Below, in pieces: positions 38,195-48,533 of a stretch of DNA of 64,000 nucleotides. The translations under genes and the position numbers were made by a program. The stretch lies in NCBI GenBank assembly GCA_963666365.2, contig CAXXNF010000001.1, positions 192,001 through 256,000 on the forward strand. Reading direction: 5' to 3'. Under the pieces are notes generated by a model. That model saw only the letters and a list, made by a program, of their open reading frames with translations, was not told where the DNA came from and did no database searches. The stretch is from Syntrophales bacterium. Lineage in GTDB: Bacteria; Desulfobacterota; Syntrophia; Syntrophales; UBA2210. Positions within the stretch are counted from its first letter, which is position 1, and the number at the start of each line of letters is the position of its first letter.

Positions 38195-40888
38195 CTAGAG
38201 CTTTTCCACAGATACGGCGCAGGCCTTGTACTCGGCGGTCAGTGTTGCCGGATCGAACACAGGATTGGTCAACCAGTTTGCACAGGCGTCCCGGAAATGA
38301 AAGGCCATCCACACCATGCCGGGCGGCACCTGCTCCGTTACGTTCGCCTTGACTTTCACATCGCCGCGTCTCGATCTGACCCGGATTATCTCGTCATGGA
38401 CGATGCCGAGCCGTTCGGCATCGGCAGGCGATATATCGGCGGTTTCCTCGGGCAGGAGAAAGTCCATATCGGCGCGGCCGGTCTGCGTCCTGGTGTGATA
38501 CTGATAGAGACGTCTCCCCGTACTGAGTACGAAGGGATAATCCTCGTCGGCCACTTCAGCCGGCGGCGTCCAATCCACCGCATTGAACAGGCCGAGTCCA
38601 CAGGTAAATTTACCCTCTTTGTGAAGGAAGCTGGTGCCCGGATGATTTTCGTCCGGGCAGGGCCACTGCAGACCGTCCTGCTCTATTCTCCGATACTTGA
38701 TTCCGCAAAGGGCGGGCGCCAACACAGAGATTTCGTTGTCCCATATTTCCTGAGAACTTTCGGACTTCCACTCGTGACCCATCCTTCGGGCCAACTCCCT
38801 GAAGATCCACCAGTTCGGACGGGCAATGCCCGGTGGTTCGCTTACCTTGCGCACACGGCTGACGCGGCGCTCACTGTTTGTGAACGTACCGTCATCTTCG
38901 CACCAGGCGGCGGCCGGGAACACAACATCGGCAAAACGGGTCGTTTCCGTGGGGAAAATATCCTGACAGACGACAAACTCGGCCGCCGCAAGTTCTTCTT
39001 CCACCTTTGCGATATCGGGTTCACTGTTGGCCAGATTCTCGCCGAAGATATAAAATGCCTTTACGGCCCCGCTTTTCAGGCCTTCCATCATCTGGGGAAT
39101 CATAAGGCCGTTTGTGTCGGGCAGATCCGTGACGCCCCAGGCCTTCTCGAACTTGGCGCGGGATTCAGGATCGATCACTGCCTGATATCCGGGAAACACA
39201 TTGGGAAGTGCGCCCATATCACAGGCACCCTGCACATTGTTCTGGCCTCGCAGCGGATTGACGCCGCCGCACTCTTTCCCCATATTCCCCAGAAGCATCT
39301 GGAGGTTCGCCGTGGACATGACGTTGTTCTTTCCGCAGGTATGCTCGGTAATGCCCAGCGTGTAGCAGAGCATGCAGGAATCGGCGGCTGCCAGCCTGTG
39401 TGCCACATCCCGAATCATATCTTCTGAAATGCCGGTGATTTCCGCCGCTCTCTCCAGAGGATATTCCAGGATCTTCACTTTCAACTCATCAAAACCGATA
39501 CAGCATGAAGAGACAAATTCCTTGTCATAAAGATTTTCTGTTATAAGCACATGCATAACGCCGTTCAGAAAGGCGATATCGGATCCCACGTTAATGGGCA
39601 CATGGAGCGAGGCAAATTCGACCAGGGGTTGTTTCCTTGGATCGACCACGATCAGTTCTGCACCGTTCGTCACGGCGTTTTTAAGGAACGTGGCCGCAAC
39701 CGGATGGGCCTCGATCATATTGGTGCCGATGCAGAGGAACATCTTTGCCCTGCTGAATTCTTCGAAGGAATTGGTCATCGCGCCCGAACCGAAAGATGCC
39801 GCCAGACCGGCGACAGTGGGGGCGTGTCAGGTACGGGCACAGTGATCGATGTTGTTCGTCCCGATCACCGATCGAAAGAGTTTCTGCATCTGGTAGGAAT
39901 CTTCGTTGATGCTTCGGGCGCAGCTCACACCGGCAATGGCGTCAGGCCCGTATATTTCTTTTATCTCAGTGAACTTATCGGCAACAAGACCGAGGGCCTC
40001 ATCCCAGGAGGCCTCACGGAATTTACCATGCTCCTTGATGAGCGGGGTGGTAAGTCGGTCTTCGGAATAGATGAAATCGTAGGCAAAGCGGCCTTTCACA
40101 CAGAGACGTCCCTTGTTCGGCGCGCCGTCCTCGACGCCGGTCACTTTGGCAATGCGTCCCTCCCTGTTCATGTGCAACCAGAGCTGGCAGCCTACACCGC
40201 AATAGGGACAGGTGGTGCGCACCTTTGTAAGTTCCCAGGGGCGTCCCCTGTACCTCGATTTCTTTTCAATGAGGGCCCCCACGGGACAGACTTGGACACA
40301 GTGGCCGCAGAACACGCAGTCGCTCTCGAAATAGGGCTGGTCGGTTCCTGCAACGATCTTGGAGTCGGAACCCCGGTAGCCGTAACTGATCGCCCGGTTC
40401 ACCACTACTTCATTGCAGGCCTGGACGCAACGGCCGCAGAGAATACAGCGGGAGAAATCGCGAATGATAAAGGGATTGTCTTCTTCTTTCGGAAATGGTT
40501 GGGGAGTGAGGGGAAAATGAACTTGTGTGATTCCGTACTTGTATGCCAGATCCTGGAGACGGCAGTCGCCGTTTGCCTCGCAGGTAAGGCAGTCATGGGT
40601 GCCGCTGGCAAGAAGAAGTTCCACATTCAATTTTCTTGCCCGGTTAACCCGTTCCGAGTCGGTCCATATTTCCATCCCCTCAGAGGCCGGAGTGCTGCAG
40701 GCTGCGACAAGCGACCGCGCCCCCGCCACTTCAACCATACACATGCGGCACGCACCCGTCGGGGTTGTGCCCTTTAAATAACAGAGCGTCGGTATCTCAA
40801 TCCCCGACTCTGTTGCGACGTCGAGAATCGACTGACCGGGCTCAAATTCAACACGTCTCCCGTTCAATTGCAACGTTGCTTTCGCCAT
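38195..40888 (-). CDS. fdhF: Selenocysteine-containing formate dehydrogenase alpha subunit (897 aa) with N-terminal 2Fe-2S and 4Fe-4S domains
   Basis: The two track ORFs join in frame through TGA 39827-39829: NNIDHCART-U-HAPTVAGL; also TTCPYCGVGC, PLRGQNNVQG, EYKACAV; SECIS-like hairpin follows the UGA. Confidence 0.93.
39797..39829 (-). promoter_or_regulatory. Bacterial SECIS element
   Basis: UGA, 11 nt, then UGUCGCC-GGUCU-GGCGGCA; spacing and GGUCU apex resemble the fdhF-type SECIS. Confidence 0.85.
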
Positions 40889-41030
40889 GGTTTCACCTCA
40901 ATGTGGAAGTTATCGGTCTCACTGAACCTCGAAACAGAATCGTTTAGAATTCTCCAAGGATAGTGAACAATGACACAGCATACGCGGAGGGATTGCCTCA
41001 CGTGCTCGCCCTCTCATCTCTCCATGCACC

Positions 41031-41072
41031 CTATGTCGTTGCAGACATATGTCATTAATGTCACGTTGTCAA
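41031..41072 (-). promoter_or_regulatory. fdh promoter region with ModE-like palindrome
   Basis: TTGACA at 41067-41072, repeated TGACA, then TATGTC-N6-GACATA within 41031-41050. Confidence 0.5.
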
Positions 41073-41187
41073 GCTTTTATAAGAGAAGTTTTTGCGAGAC
41101 CGTCATGTTTTGTCCTTGAAAAAAGGAAGTAACATCTGTTTAATGATTCCCCTGAAAAATAATGCAGGAAAGACAGGTAACTGATGT

Positions 41188-42156
41188 ATGGATTTTCGTG
41201 TCGTGCTGAATGGGTTGGGGCATGCCTTTCTCAGGGAATTCGGATGCCTCTGTGCGCGCTGCCACAGGAGTGAGCATGCGGCAAATACCTCCGCATCAAT
41301 TGTCGGCAGAGACAGTGAAACCGGCATGGCGGCATGGCACTGCCTTGTCGATGCAGGACTTGGAGTAAACGACAGCCTCTGCAACTATTTCACGCCGGCC
41401 GATGCACGGCTCGACTGGCTTCTTTTTTCTCATTGGCATCCCGATCACACACTCGAACTGAACAGGCTCGGCGAAACGGCCCGGCGCAGGGCACGCAATC
41501 GGGGAGTAAAATTCGTGCGAATCCCCACGTGGTGCCGTACCGGAACGGCCCGATGGATTCAGAAAAATCACTCCTACGAGTGGTATCGGCATCTTCGTCC
41601 CCATACCAGCGAAGAGGTCTCAGCCCCGGGCGCCCTGTTGGAACCTGTTCCTACGGGAATAGACGGACTGACCATTACACCGGTGACCGTATCCCATTAC
41701 ACCGCCGACATCGATCCGGCTTCTTTCAAAGACAAGCTCTACTCAAGCGCCGTTTTCGTCATTGAAACAGACTCGAAAAAAGCGGTGCTTCTTTGGGATC
41801 TTGACAACAGGAACAACTGGATTTTACATCCCGAAACCGAAGAGCACAGACAGGCACAAAAATTGGTATCGGAGGCCGACTATCTTTTCGTCGACTCTTT
41901 CACCTGGTCGATTGAGGAAGTAAACGGATTCAACACGGGACACCTGTCGTTTGCAACGATCAAAAAATATGCCGCCCTTCTGCGTCCCCGCCAGACGCTT
42001 CTCGTTCATATGAGCGGCCATGAAGACGGTGAAGGAAACTGCGGCTACGGCTGGTCCGACGACAAGTGGGAGAGAGAAGCGCAAAAGGCCTGGAAGAGTG
42101 CCGGCCTGGCGGGCGCCGTCCGGGTTCCCACGATTGGAGAGGAATTTCCTCTGTAA
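41188..42156 (+). CDS. MBL-fold metallohydrolase, PhnP/PqqB-like
   Basis: GCLCARC, LVDAG, SHWHPDH, VSH, TGHLS, LVHMSGH. Confidence 0.8.
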   Translation: MDFRVVLNGLGHAFLREFGCLCARCHRSEHAANTSASIVGRDSETGMAAWHCLVDAGLGVNDSLCNYFTPADARLDWLLFSHWHPDHTLELNRLGETARRRARNRGVKFVRIPTWCRTGTARWIQKNHSYEWYRHLRPHTSEEVSAPGALLEPVPTGIDGLTITPVTVSHYTADIDPASFKDKLYSSAVFVIETDSKKAVLLWDLDNRNNWILHPETEEHRQAQKLVSEADYLFVDSFTWSIEEVNGFNTGHLSFATIKKYAALLRPRQTLLVHMSGHEDGEGNCGYGWSDDKWEREAQKAWKSAGLAGAVRVPTIGEEFPL

Positions 42157-42162
42157 AAGATT

Positions 42163-43263
42163 ATGATTCGTACAGCCACATACGAAGATCTGGACGACCT
42201 CCTTGAAATCGAAAATCGCTGTTTCGTGCTCGATAGATTTTCGCGGCGGACTTTCCGCTACCTGCTGACCAAGGCAAATGCCGAAACAATTATAGACGAA
42301 GGAAAAGAAGCCGTTCGCGGGTATGCGACGGTTCTCTTTCACGCGGGAATTTCACTGGCCCGGCTCTACTCTATCGCCGTCGATCCGGTCTTTCAGGGAC
42401 AATCCATTGGGAAAACACTGATAAACAAGGCCGAGGAGAAGGCCCTGGCACAGGACTGCGTGGCAATGCGCATCGAAGTGCGGAGGGACAATACACAGGC
42501 CCTTTCTCTTTATGAAGCACTGGGATACAGGCGGTTCGACATCGTCGATGATTACTACGAAGACCACATGGAGGCGATTCGGCTTGAAAAATCGCTGGCG
42601 CCTCACTTAAAGCCCGACATGGTGAGAATTCCCTTCTACGAGCAAACCCTGGAATTTACCTGCGGTCCCTCGGCGCTTATTATGGCGATGAAAACGCTGG
42701 ACCCCTCCATTGCACCGAACCGGACCCTGGAACTGAGACTCTGGAGAGAGTCCACATCCATCTTTATGACCTCCGGCCATGGCGGATGCGGGCCCTACGG
42801 GATGACTCTATCAGCCTATCACAGAGGCTTTGACGTAGAGGTATACGTAAGCGAAGACAACCCTCTCTTCATTGATTCGGTAAGAAGCCCCGAAAAAAAA
42901 GAGGTTATTCGAATAGTCCAGAAGGATTTTATGGATGAGATCAATGAACTTCCCATAAAGCTAACGCAGGAGAGTCTTACCATAGCCGAGATTCAGCAGA
43001 AATTCGAGGAGGGGGGAATCCCTCTGGTGCTCATCAGCTCATACAGGATCTACCACGAGAAATCGCCCCACTGGGTCGTCGTCACCGGGTTCGACGAAAA
43101 ATACATCTATGTCCACGACCCCTACGTGGATAAGGACATGGGCAAGACGGCCACCGATTGTATCAACATGCCTATTTTAAGGCGGGATTTCGAGCGCATG
43201 GCACGCTATGGAAAGGCAGGACTGAAGGCAATACTGATCATAAAAAAAATGAGTCAAAAATAG
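42163..43263 (+). CDS. RimI-like GNAT acetyltransferase fused to peptidase C39-like (DUF3335) domain
   Basis: RLYSIAV..QGQSIG, DYYED; YEQTLEFTCGP, ELRLWRESTSIFMTSGHGGC, PHWVVV, VHDP. Confidence 0.9.
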   Translation: MIRTATYEDLDDLLEIENRCFVLDRFSRRTFRYLLTKANAETIIDEGKEAVRGYATVLFHAGISLARLYSIAVDPVFQGQSIGKTLINKAEEKALAQDCVAMRIEVRRDNTQALSLYEALGYRRFDIVDDYYEDHMEAIRLEKSLAPHLKPDMVRIPFYEQTLEFTCGPSALIMAMKTLDPSIAPNRTLELRLWRESTSIFMTSGHGGCGPYGMTLSAYHRGFDVEVYVSEDNPLFIDSVRSPEKKEVIRIVQKDFMDEINELPIKLTQESLTIAEIQQKFEEGGIPLVLISSYRIYHEKSPHWVVVTGFDEKYIYVHDPYVDKDMGKTATDCINMPILRRDFERMARYGKAGLKAILIIKKMSQK

Positions 43264-43279
43264 GGAAGTGTCCCTATTT
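43256..43279. repeat. Solo end of family C forming a hairpin between the GNAT-C39 and RimK genes
   Basis: AAAAATAGGGAAGTGTCCC identical to 34089-34107, followed by TATTT. Confidence 0.75.
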
Positions 43280-43289
43280 CGGAGTTTTT

Positions 43290-44771
43290 ATGACAAAGCA
43301 TATAGTTCTGGTGGAAAACAAGCGAGACTGGAAGACGCACTTCCCCGACACTTTCGTTGTTTCAGCAAAGGATTATCTGGGACGTACGGAATATCACCAA
43401 CTGCGTGACATCCGGGTTATTAATCTATGTCGCAACTATCGTTATCTGAGCATGGGCTATTACTGTTCGCTTCTCGCCACCGCACGTCGGCACAAGATAA
43501 TCCCTTCGGTACGAACGATCACCGACCTCAGCAGCCGTGCCATTTACAGCCTCAATACAGAAGATCTTGACCCGCTGGTACAAAGGAGTCTGAAAAAGCG
43601 TAAAAACGATACACAGGAGGGACGTTACGAAATCGATATATTTTTCGGGCTCTGTCGCGACAAGGGGCTTCAGGAACTCGCCCGTCACATATTCGACCTC
43701 TTCCGCGCACCGCTTCTCAGGGTCGTGTTTCATCTGAACGGTACCTGGCACATCGAAGCAATCCGTCCGGTTCCCTTTCAAAATCTTACAGAGGAGCAGG
43801 AATCGCTCTTTTTCGATGCGTTCAGTGCCTATACCACCAGACGCTGGACCATTCCCAGGGAAGAAAAACCCGCCCGTTATGATCTGGCAATTCTTTTCGA
43901 CCCCACCGCACCGCTCCCCCCTTCCAACAAGCGGGCGATAAGAAAATTCGCCCGTGCAGGAGAAAAGCTGGGCATTGACGTTGATATAATCGGAAAAAAG
44001 GACTTCCCCCGCCTTGCCGAATATGATGCGCTGTTCATTCGCGAAACAACCAACATCGATCACTATACCTACCGTTTTTCAAAAAAAGCCGAGGCGGAAG
44101 GCATGGTGGTTATTGATGATCCCGATTCCATTGTGAAGTGCACCAACAAGGTCTACCTCACAGAATTACTCTCGGCAAACCGCATACCGACGCCGAAAAC
44201 CGCCGTGCTTCAAAAGCTGCGGGGAGGGCGTATCGGCGGCCTGCCTCCTTCAGTTTCATACCCGCTGGTGTTGAAAATTCCGGACGGCTCATTTTCCAGA
44301 GGCATTCATAAAGTGAGAAATTCGGACGAGCTGGGAAACATCGCATCACTCCTCTTCAAAGAATCGGACCTGATCCTGGCACAGGAATTTCTCTACACGG
44401 CCTTCGACTGGCGTATCGGCATCCTCAACCGCACCCCTATTTACGCATGCCAGTATTTTATGTCGAAGCGGCATTGGCAGATCGTAAAACACGAACCGTC
44501 AGGGCGATTCACCGAAGGAGATTCCATAGCGCTCCCCATTGAAAAAGCGCCGGAAAAAGTAGTCAAGACGGCGCTCAAGGCGGCAAACCTGATAGGGAAC
44601 GGTCTTTACGGCGTTGATGTGAAGGAGACCGGTTCAAATGTCTTCATTATGGAAATCAACGACAACCCCAGTATCGACGCCGGCGTGGAGGACGAAGCAC
44701 TGGGAAACCGGCTCTACGAAATCGTTATGGCCGAGTTTGTACGCCGTCTCGAGTCGCGACGGGCTCCTTGA
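43290..44771 (+). CDS. RimK-family ATP-grasp ligase with RimK-like N-terminal domain
   Basis: INLCRNYRYLSMGYYCSLLA, YDALFIRETT, CTNKVYL, KIPDGSFSRG, QEF, YGVDVK, EINDNP; GGAG before ATG 43290. Confidence 0.92.
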   Translation: MTKHIVLVENKRDWKTHFPDTFVVSAKDYLGRTEYHQLRDIRVINLCRNYRYLSMGYYCSLLATARRHKIIPSVRTITDLSSRAIYSLNTEDLDPLVQRSLKKRKNDTQEGRYEIDIFFGLCRDKGLQELARHIFDLFRAPLLRVVFHLNGTWHIEAIRPVPFQNLTEEQESLFFDAFSAYTTRRWTIPREEKPARYDLAILFDPTAPLPPSNKRAIRKFARAGEKLGIDVDIIGKKDFPRLAEYDALFIRETTNIDHYTYRFSKKAEAEGMVVIDDPDSIVKCTNKVYLTELLSANRIPTPKTAVLQKLRGGRIGGLPPSVSYPLVLKIPDGSFSRGIHKVRNSDELGNIASLLFKESDLILAQEFLYTAFDWRIGILNRTPIYACQYFMSKRHWQIVKHEPSGRFTEGDSIALPIEKAPEKVVKTALKAANLIGNGLYGVDVKETGSNVFIMEINDNPSIDAGVEDEALGNRLYEIVMAEFVRRLESRRAP

Positions 44772-45078
44772 ATTCAGCCCGTGGAATGTTTTGCTGTTGC
44801 AACATTACCGGCGCTTTGATATGAAGCAGACGTATAGCGTGGTAAACCTTTCCCTCTTCAGGGAACGCACCACTCGCAATCAATTGTGAGCGGGCATGCC
44901 GATCCGTGACGCCTTATAACAGGACCTGTGACGCAGTTCACAGCCGTTCCCGCCGACACCACCTTCGAGACAACCAGACGCTTAATCAGAACATTGATTC
45001 TACGGTCAGCAGATCCATGTCTCACAGTGATTGTGAGCAACAAGGACTTCGAGCAATGCGATCGCAAGGAGATGTGAA

Positions 45079-46227
45079 ATGCACTATGTAAACTGGGTTG
45101 ATCCCGATATTGACGGCAACAAGGGAGCGCAGACAGCGGAACCGGATTCTCATGAAGGAATGCCTTCCACAAAACCGGCGGTTCGTTCTTTCAGACTGTC
45201 GTTTTACGGCGCCGGGGGCGAGTATTTCAAAATATGGATACTGAATCTGCTTTTAACCGTTCTCACGCTGGGAATATACGCCGCCTGGGCAAAGGTACGA
45301 AGCCGCCGATATTTTTATGCACAGACCCGTCTTATGGGACACCCCTTCGAATACCTGGCAAATCCGATAGCCATCCTGAAAGGGAATCTGATTATCGGCG
45401 GCAGTGCCGTCTGCTACGTGCTTGCGGGCCACTTTCTGCCCTGGGCGGGCTTTGCCGTAATGGGTATCTTTTACCTGATCATCCCCTTCCTTATCTATAA
45501 ATCGCTCAGATTCTATGCCCACAATTCTTCTTATCGGAATATAAGATTTCATTTCAGGGGCACATTACCACGAGCCTACGTCGTCTACCTTCTCTACCCG
45601 ATTCTTATACCTCTCACACTGGGACTCATAGTTCCTTATTGGTCTCTGCAGCAAAAACGATACGTTATGAACAACATCGCCTACGGAACGACAAAGGCGG
45701 CGCTCAGTGCAAAAGCAGGATTTTTTTACAGAACCTATCTTAAGGTATTCTTCACTTCTTGCGCATTGGCCCTGGTAGGTATCGCACTCATAGTCCTGTC
45801 GTTCCATCAATTTGCAGGAACACTGCACACAGCCTCTCCCAAAGCGGAACCGTTCCCAATGATGACTGCAGTAACGATACTGTCCAATGTGATAACCTTT
45901 TTTTACATTATTCTGCTGCAGCAGTTTCTCTATGCCAGATTGACAAACTATACCTGGAGCGTTACAAAACTCGGTACAGTGCGTTTCGAATGCGGCCTCA
46001 AGGCCCGGGAGCTGATGTGGATACAGATCACCAATCTCCTGGCCATGATTGTCTCACTGGGGCTTCTCGTCCCTTGGGCCAAAATTCGTAAAACAAGGTA
46101 TATTCTTGAAAATATCACGGTAAAAACCGACGGCGATCTGGCAGGATTCATGGCCTCTTCTGAAGAAAGCATAAGCGCCGTAGGCGACGCGGCAACCGAC
46201 ATTTTTGATGTGGATATCGGACTATGA
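45079..46227 (+). CDS. DUF898/YjgN-family membrane protein
   Basis: F.GAGGEYFKIWILNLLLTVLTLGIYAAWAKVR, SSYRNIRF, SLGLLVPWAKIR; start may be further downstream. Confidence 0.9.
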   Translation: MHYVNWVDPDIDGNKGAQTAEPDSHEGMPSTKPAVRSFRLSFYGAGGEYFKIWILNLLLTVLTLGIYAAWAKVRSRRYFYAQTRLMGHPFEYLANPIAILKGNLIIGGSAVCYVLAGHFLPWAGFAVMGIFYLIIPFLIYKSLRFYAHNSSYRNIRFHFRGTLPRAYVVYLLYPILIPLTLGLIVPYWSLQQKRYVMNNIAYGTTKAALSAKAGFFYRTYLKVFFTSCALALVGIALIVLSFHQFAGTLHTASPKAEPFPMMTAVTILSNVITFFYIILLQQFLYARLTNYTWSVTKLGTVRFECGLKARELMWIQITNLLAMIVSLGLLVPWAKIRKTRYILENITVKTDGDLAGFMASSEESISAVGDAATDIFDVDIGL

Positions 46228-47261
46228 TCGAATTTCGCGGTACCTATTTCGATGGAAAAATGTCCATGGGACATAGCGTAGCCGTCCGTGTCACTGAAGG
46301 GGTTCTTTCGGTATACGACATAGAAAATCGAAAGATCGTGGAACTACCCGTCCATTGGACAACATTTGATCCCCCACTCGGTCGGACTCACCGAACAATA
46401 ACCTTTCCTGGCGGTGGAAAGATCCTAACCTACAATTTTGATGCCTTCGACCGTCTTCAACACACACTCGGAAAAAATTCGTGGACCTTTCTCCTCTGTC
46501 GGTTGGAATCACATTGGACATCCGTGTTGATTGGCCTGACTGTACTCATTGTCTGTGTTTTTTTCTTTACGTTCTGCGGAATTCCCTGGGGTGCAAAAAT
46601 AGCGGCATCATTCATCCCTTTTCAACTGAAGGAATCAATCAGTACCCAAACGCTGAATCTGCTTGATAAACAATTTCTTTCTCCCTCGACACTTGAACGG
46701 GAAAAAGCCGAATGTATTCAGAGATGCTTCACTGCAGTCATTGAAGATATGGCCTTATCGGGCGCCTATCGTCTTGAACTTCGCAAAGGAAATCGTCTGT
46801 CCGCCAATGCCTTCGCGCTTCCTTCGGGCATCATTGTTTTCACCGACGAACTGGCGGGGTTGGTCGAATCAGACGAAGAAGCTGCAGGCATATTCGCCCA
46901 CGAGATATGCCACGTGGAGCATCATCACGGCGTGCGCAGCGTTATTCAAAATACGGGCATCTTTTTGTTACTAGCCATTCTCGCAGGCGATGTGGCGTCG
47001 ATTACGTCAGTCTCCGCATCGCTTCCTACAATTTTTATCGAAGCGGGATATTCGCGCCGATTTGAAAACGAAGCCGATGAGGCGGCCGCTCGCTACCTTC
47101 TTCGAAAAGGATACGGCATAGGACCGTACAGAGACATTCTGATGCGGATCCGCGAGCAGTCGCCTCATAAAGCACGCATTTCCTGGCTCTCTTCACATCC
47201 GGCGTTGGCGGACCGTCTCTCCCGTATAGACGCCATCGGGAACGATCCGGACGTTCAGTAA
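46224..47261 (+). CDS. M48-family zinc metallopeptidase
   Basis: ANAFALPSG, AHEICHV (HExxH), YSRRFENEAD, SSHP; overlaps the DUF898 stop. Confidence 0.9.
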   Translation: MIEFRGTYFDGKMSMGHSVAVRVTEGVLSVYDIENRKIVELPVHWTTFDPPLGRTHRTITFPGGGKILTYNFDAFDRLQHTLGKNSWTFLLCRLESHWTSVLIGLTVLIVCVFFFTFCGIPWGAKIAASFIPFQLKESISTQTLNLLDKQFLSPSTLEREKAECIQRCFTAVIEDMALSGAYRLELRKGNRLSANAFALPSGIIVFTDELAGLVESDEEAAGIFAHEICHVEHHHGVRSVIQNTGIFLLLAILAGDVASITSVSASLPTIFIEAGYSRRFENEADEAAARYLLRKGYGIGPYRDILMRIREQSPHKARISWLSSHPALADRLSRIDAIGNDPDVQ

Positions 47262-47305
47262 GGAACCCCTTCGCCACCTGCATAACGCAGAGCGTCTCAC
47301 ATCGA

Positions 47306-48442
47306 TTATTTTCTGAGCAGCGTTCTGCCGATGATCAGTCTCTGGATTTCACTGGTCCCTTCATACACCCGGAGCGGACGTATCTCCCGGTAGAGCCTCT
47401 CCACCACGGATCCTCGCAGAACGCCGATGCCGCCGTGGATCTGAACGGCCTCGTCAACGGCCCGCCACCCCGCTTCGGTGGCGTACAGCTTGGCCATGGA
47501 CGAAGCGAGGCTTACATCGGGGGCGTTCGTATCTTTCTTTATGGCGGCCCGGTAGACGAGCAGTCTCGCCGCCATAAGTTCCGTGGCCATATCGGCCAGT
47601 TTGAACATGATCCCCTGCTGGCCGGCAATAGGCGACCCGAACTGCACCCGCTGGGGCGCATAGGCAAGGGCCTCGTCCAGGGCCCTTTGTCCCATCCCGA
47701 GTGCTGCGGCGCCGACGGTCACCCGCATGAGATCAAGGGTCTGCATTGCCAGTTTAAAGCCGTCGCCCGGATTACCGACAAGATTTTCCGTCGGTACAAA
47801 CACCTTGTCCATACTGAGGCTGACAATATCGTGGGCAGCCATGATAGTGAGACGATTGTCCACCTCGAAGCCCGGCATCCCCTTTTTGAAGATAAAGGCA
47901 GAGATGGAACGGGGATTCTCATCGGTAGCGGTCTTGGCAAAGACGACCCCCATGTGGGCCGAGTAGCCGTTCGAGATAAACCGTTTTCTTCCGGAAATGG
48001 AGTACCCGCCTTCGACGGGGGTGGCCGCGGTTTCCAGACTCGACACATCCGATCCCGCCGCCGGCTCGGTCAGTGCAAAGGTGGACAGTATCTCGCCGGT
48101 TGCAATCCCCGGCAGATAGGCCTTCTTCTGGTTCTCCGTCCCGGCCAGCACGATCGGGTGAGATCCCAGCCCCTGGAGCGCCAGGGTCACATCGGCCGGC
48201 CCGTAGGTCCCCGCCAGAACCTCCCTGGCAAGACAGACGCGAAGGGCGCTGACGCCATACCCGCCGTATGTCTCGGGAATAAGATACTTGAAGAATCCTT
48301 CATCTGCCAGGCTTTGCCGCAGCTCGTCGGGCACCTCGTAAATCTCCCCGTACTTCTTCGCCAGGTTCGCCAGCGCACCAGCAGCATACTCCCGGCATCG
48401 GACCTGGTAGACCCGATCTTCCGCACTCAATATGGACTCCAT
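47306..48442 (-). CDS. Acyl-CoA dehydrogenase
   Basis: FALTEPAAGSD, GRKRFISNG, RVQFG, AVQIHGG, YEGTSEIQR. Confidence 0.95.
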   Translation of the reverse strand: MESILSAEDRVYQVRCREYAAGALANLAKKYGEIYEVPDELRQSLADEGFFKYLIPETYGGYGVSALRVCLAREVLAGTYGPADVTLALQGLGSHPIVLAGTENQKKAYLPGIATGEILSTFALTEPAAGSDVSSLETAATPVEGGYSISGRKRFISNGYSAHMGVVFAKTATDENPRSISAFIFKKGMPGFEVDNRLTIMAAHDIVSLSMDKVFVPTENLVGNPGDGFKLAMQTLDLMRVTVGAAALGMGQRALDEALAYAPQRVQFGSPIAGQQGIMFKLADMATELMAARLLVYRAAIKKDTNAPDVSLASSMAKLYATEAGWRAVDEAVQIHGGIGVLRGSVVERLYREIRPLRVYEGTSEIQRLIIGRTLLRK

Positions 48443-48533
48443 ACACGCTCCCTCACTTTCTATGACCTCTTACGGTTTCATCATATTCAGACATTAAAGA
48501 TTTAAAATTGATACACGCCCTTGAACCACTTTT

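Noticed and set aside
34288..40777. Long plus-strand ORFs of 492, 376 and 408 aa
   Set aside because: Antisense to well-supported fmdE-moeA and fdh genes.
38195..40888. fdh as a nonsense pseudogene or two separate genes
   Set aside because: The UGA is at the catalytic Sec position and is followed by a SECIS-like hairpin.
44780..45078. Riboswitch or small ORF upstream of DUF898
   Set aside because: No recognisable aptamer, convincing structure or RBS-supported ORF.
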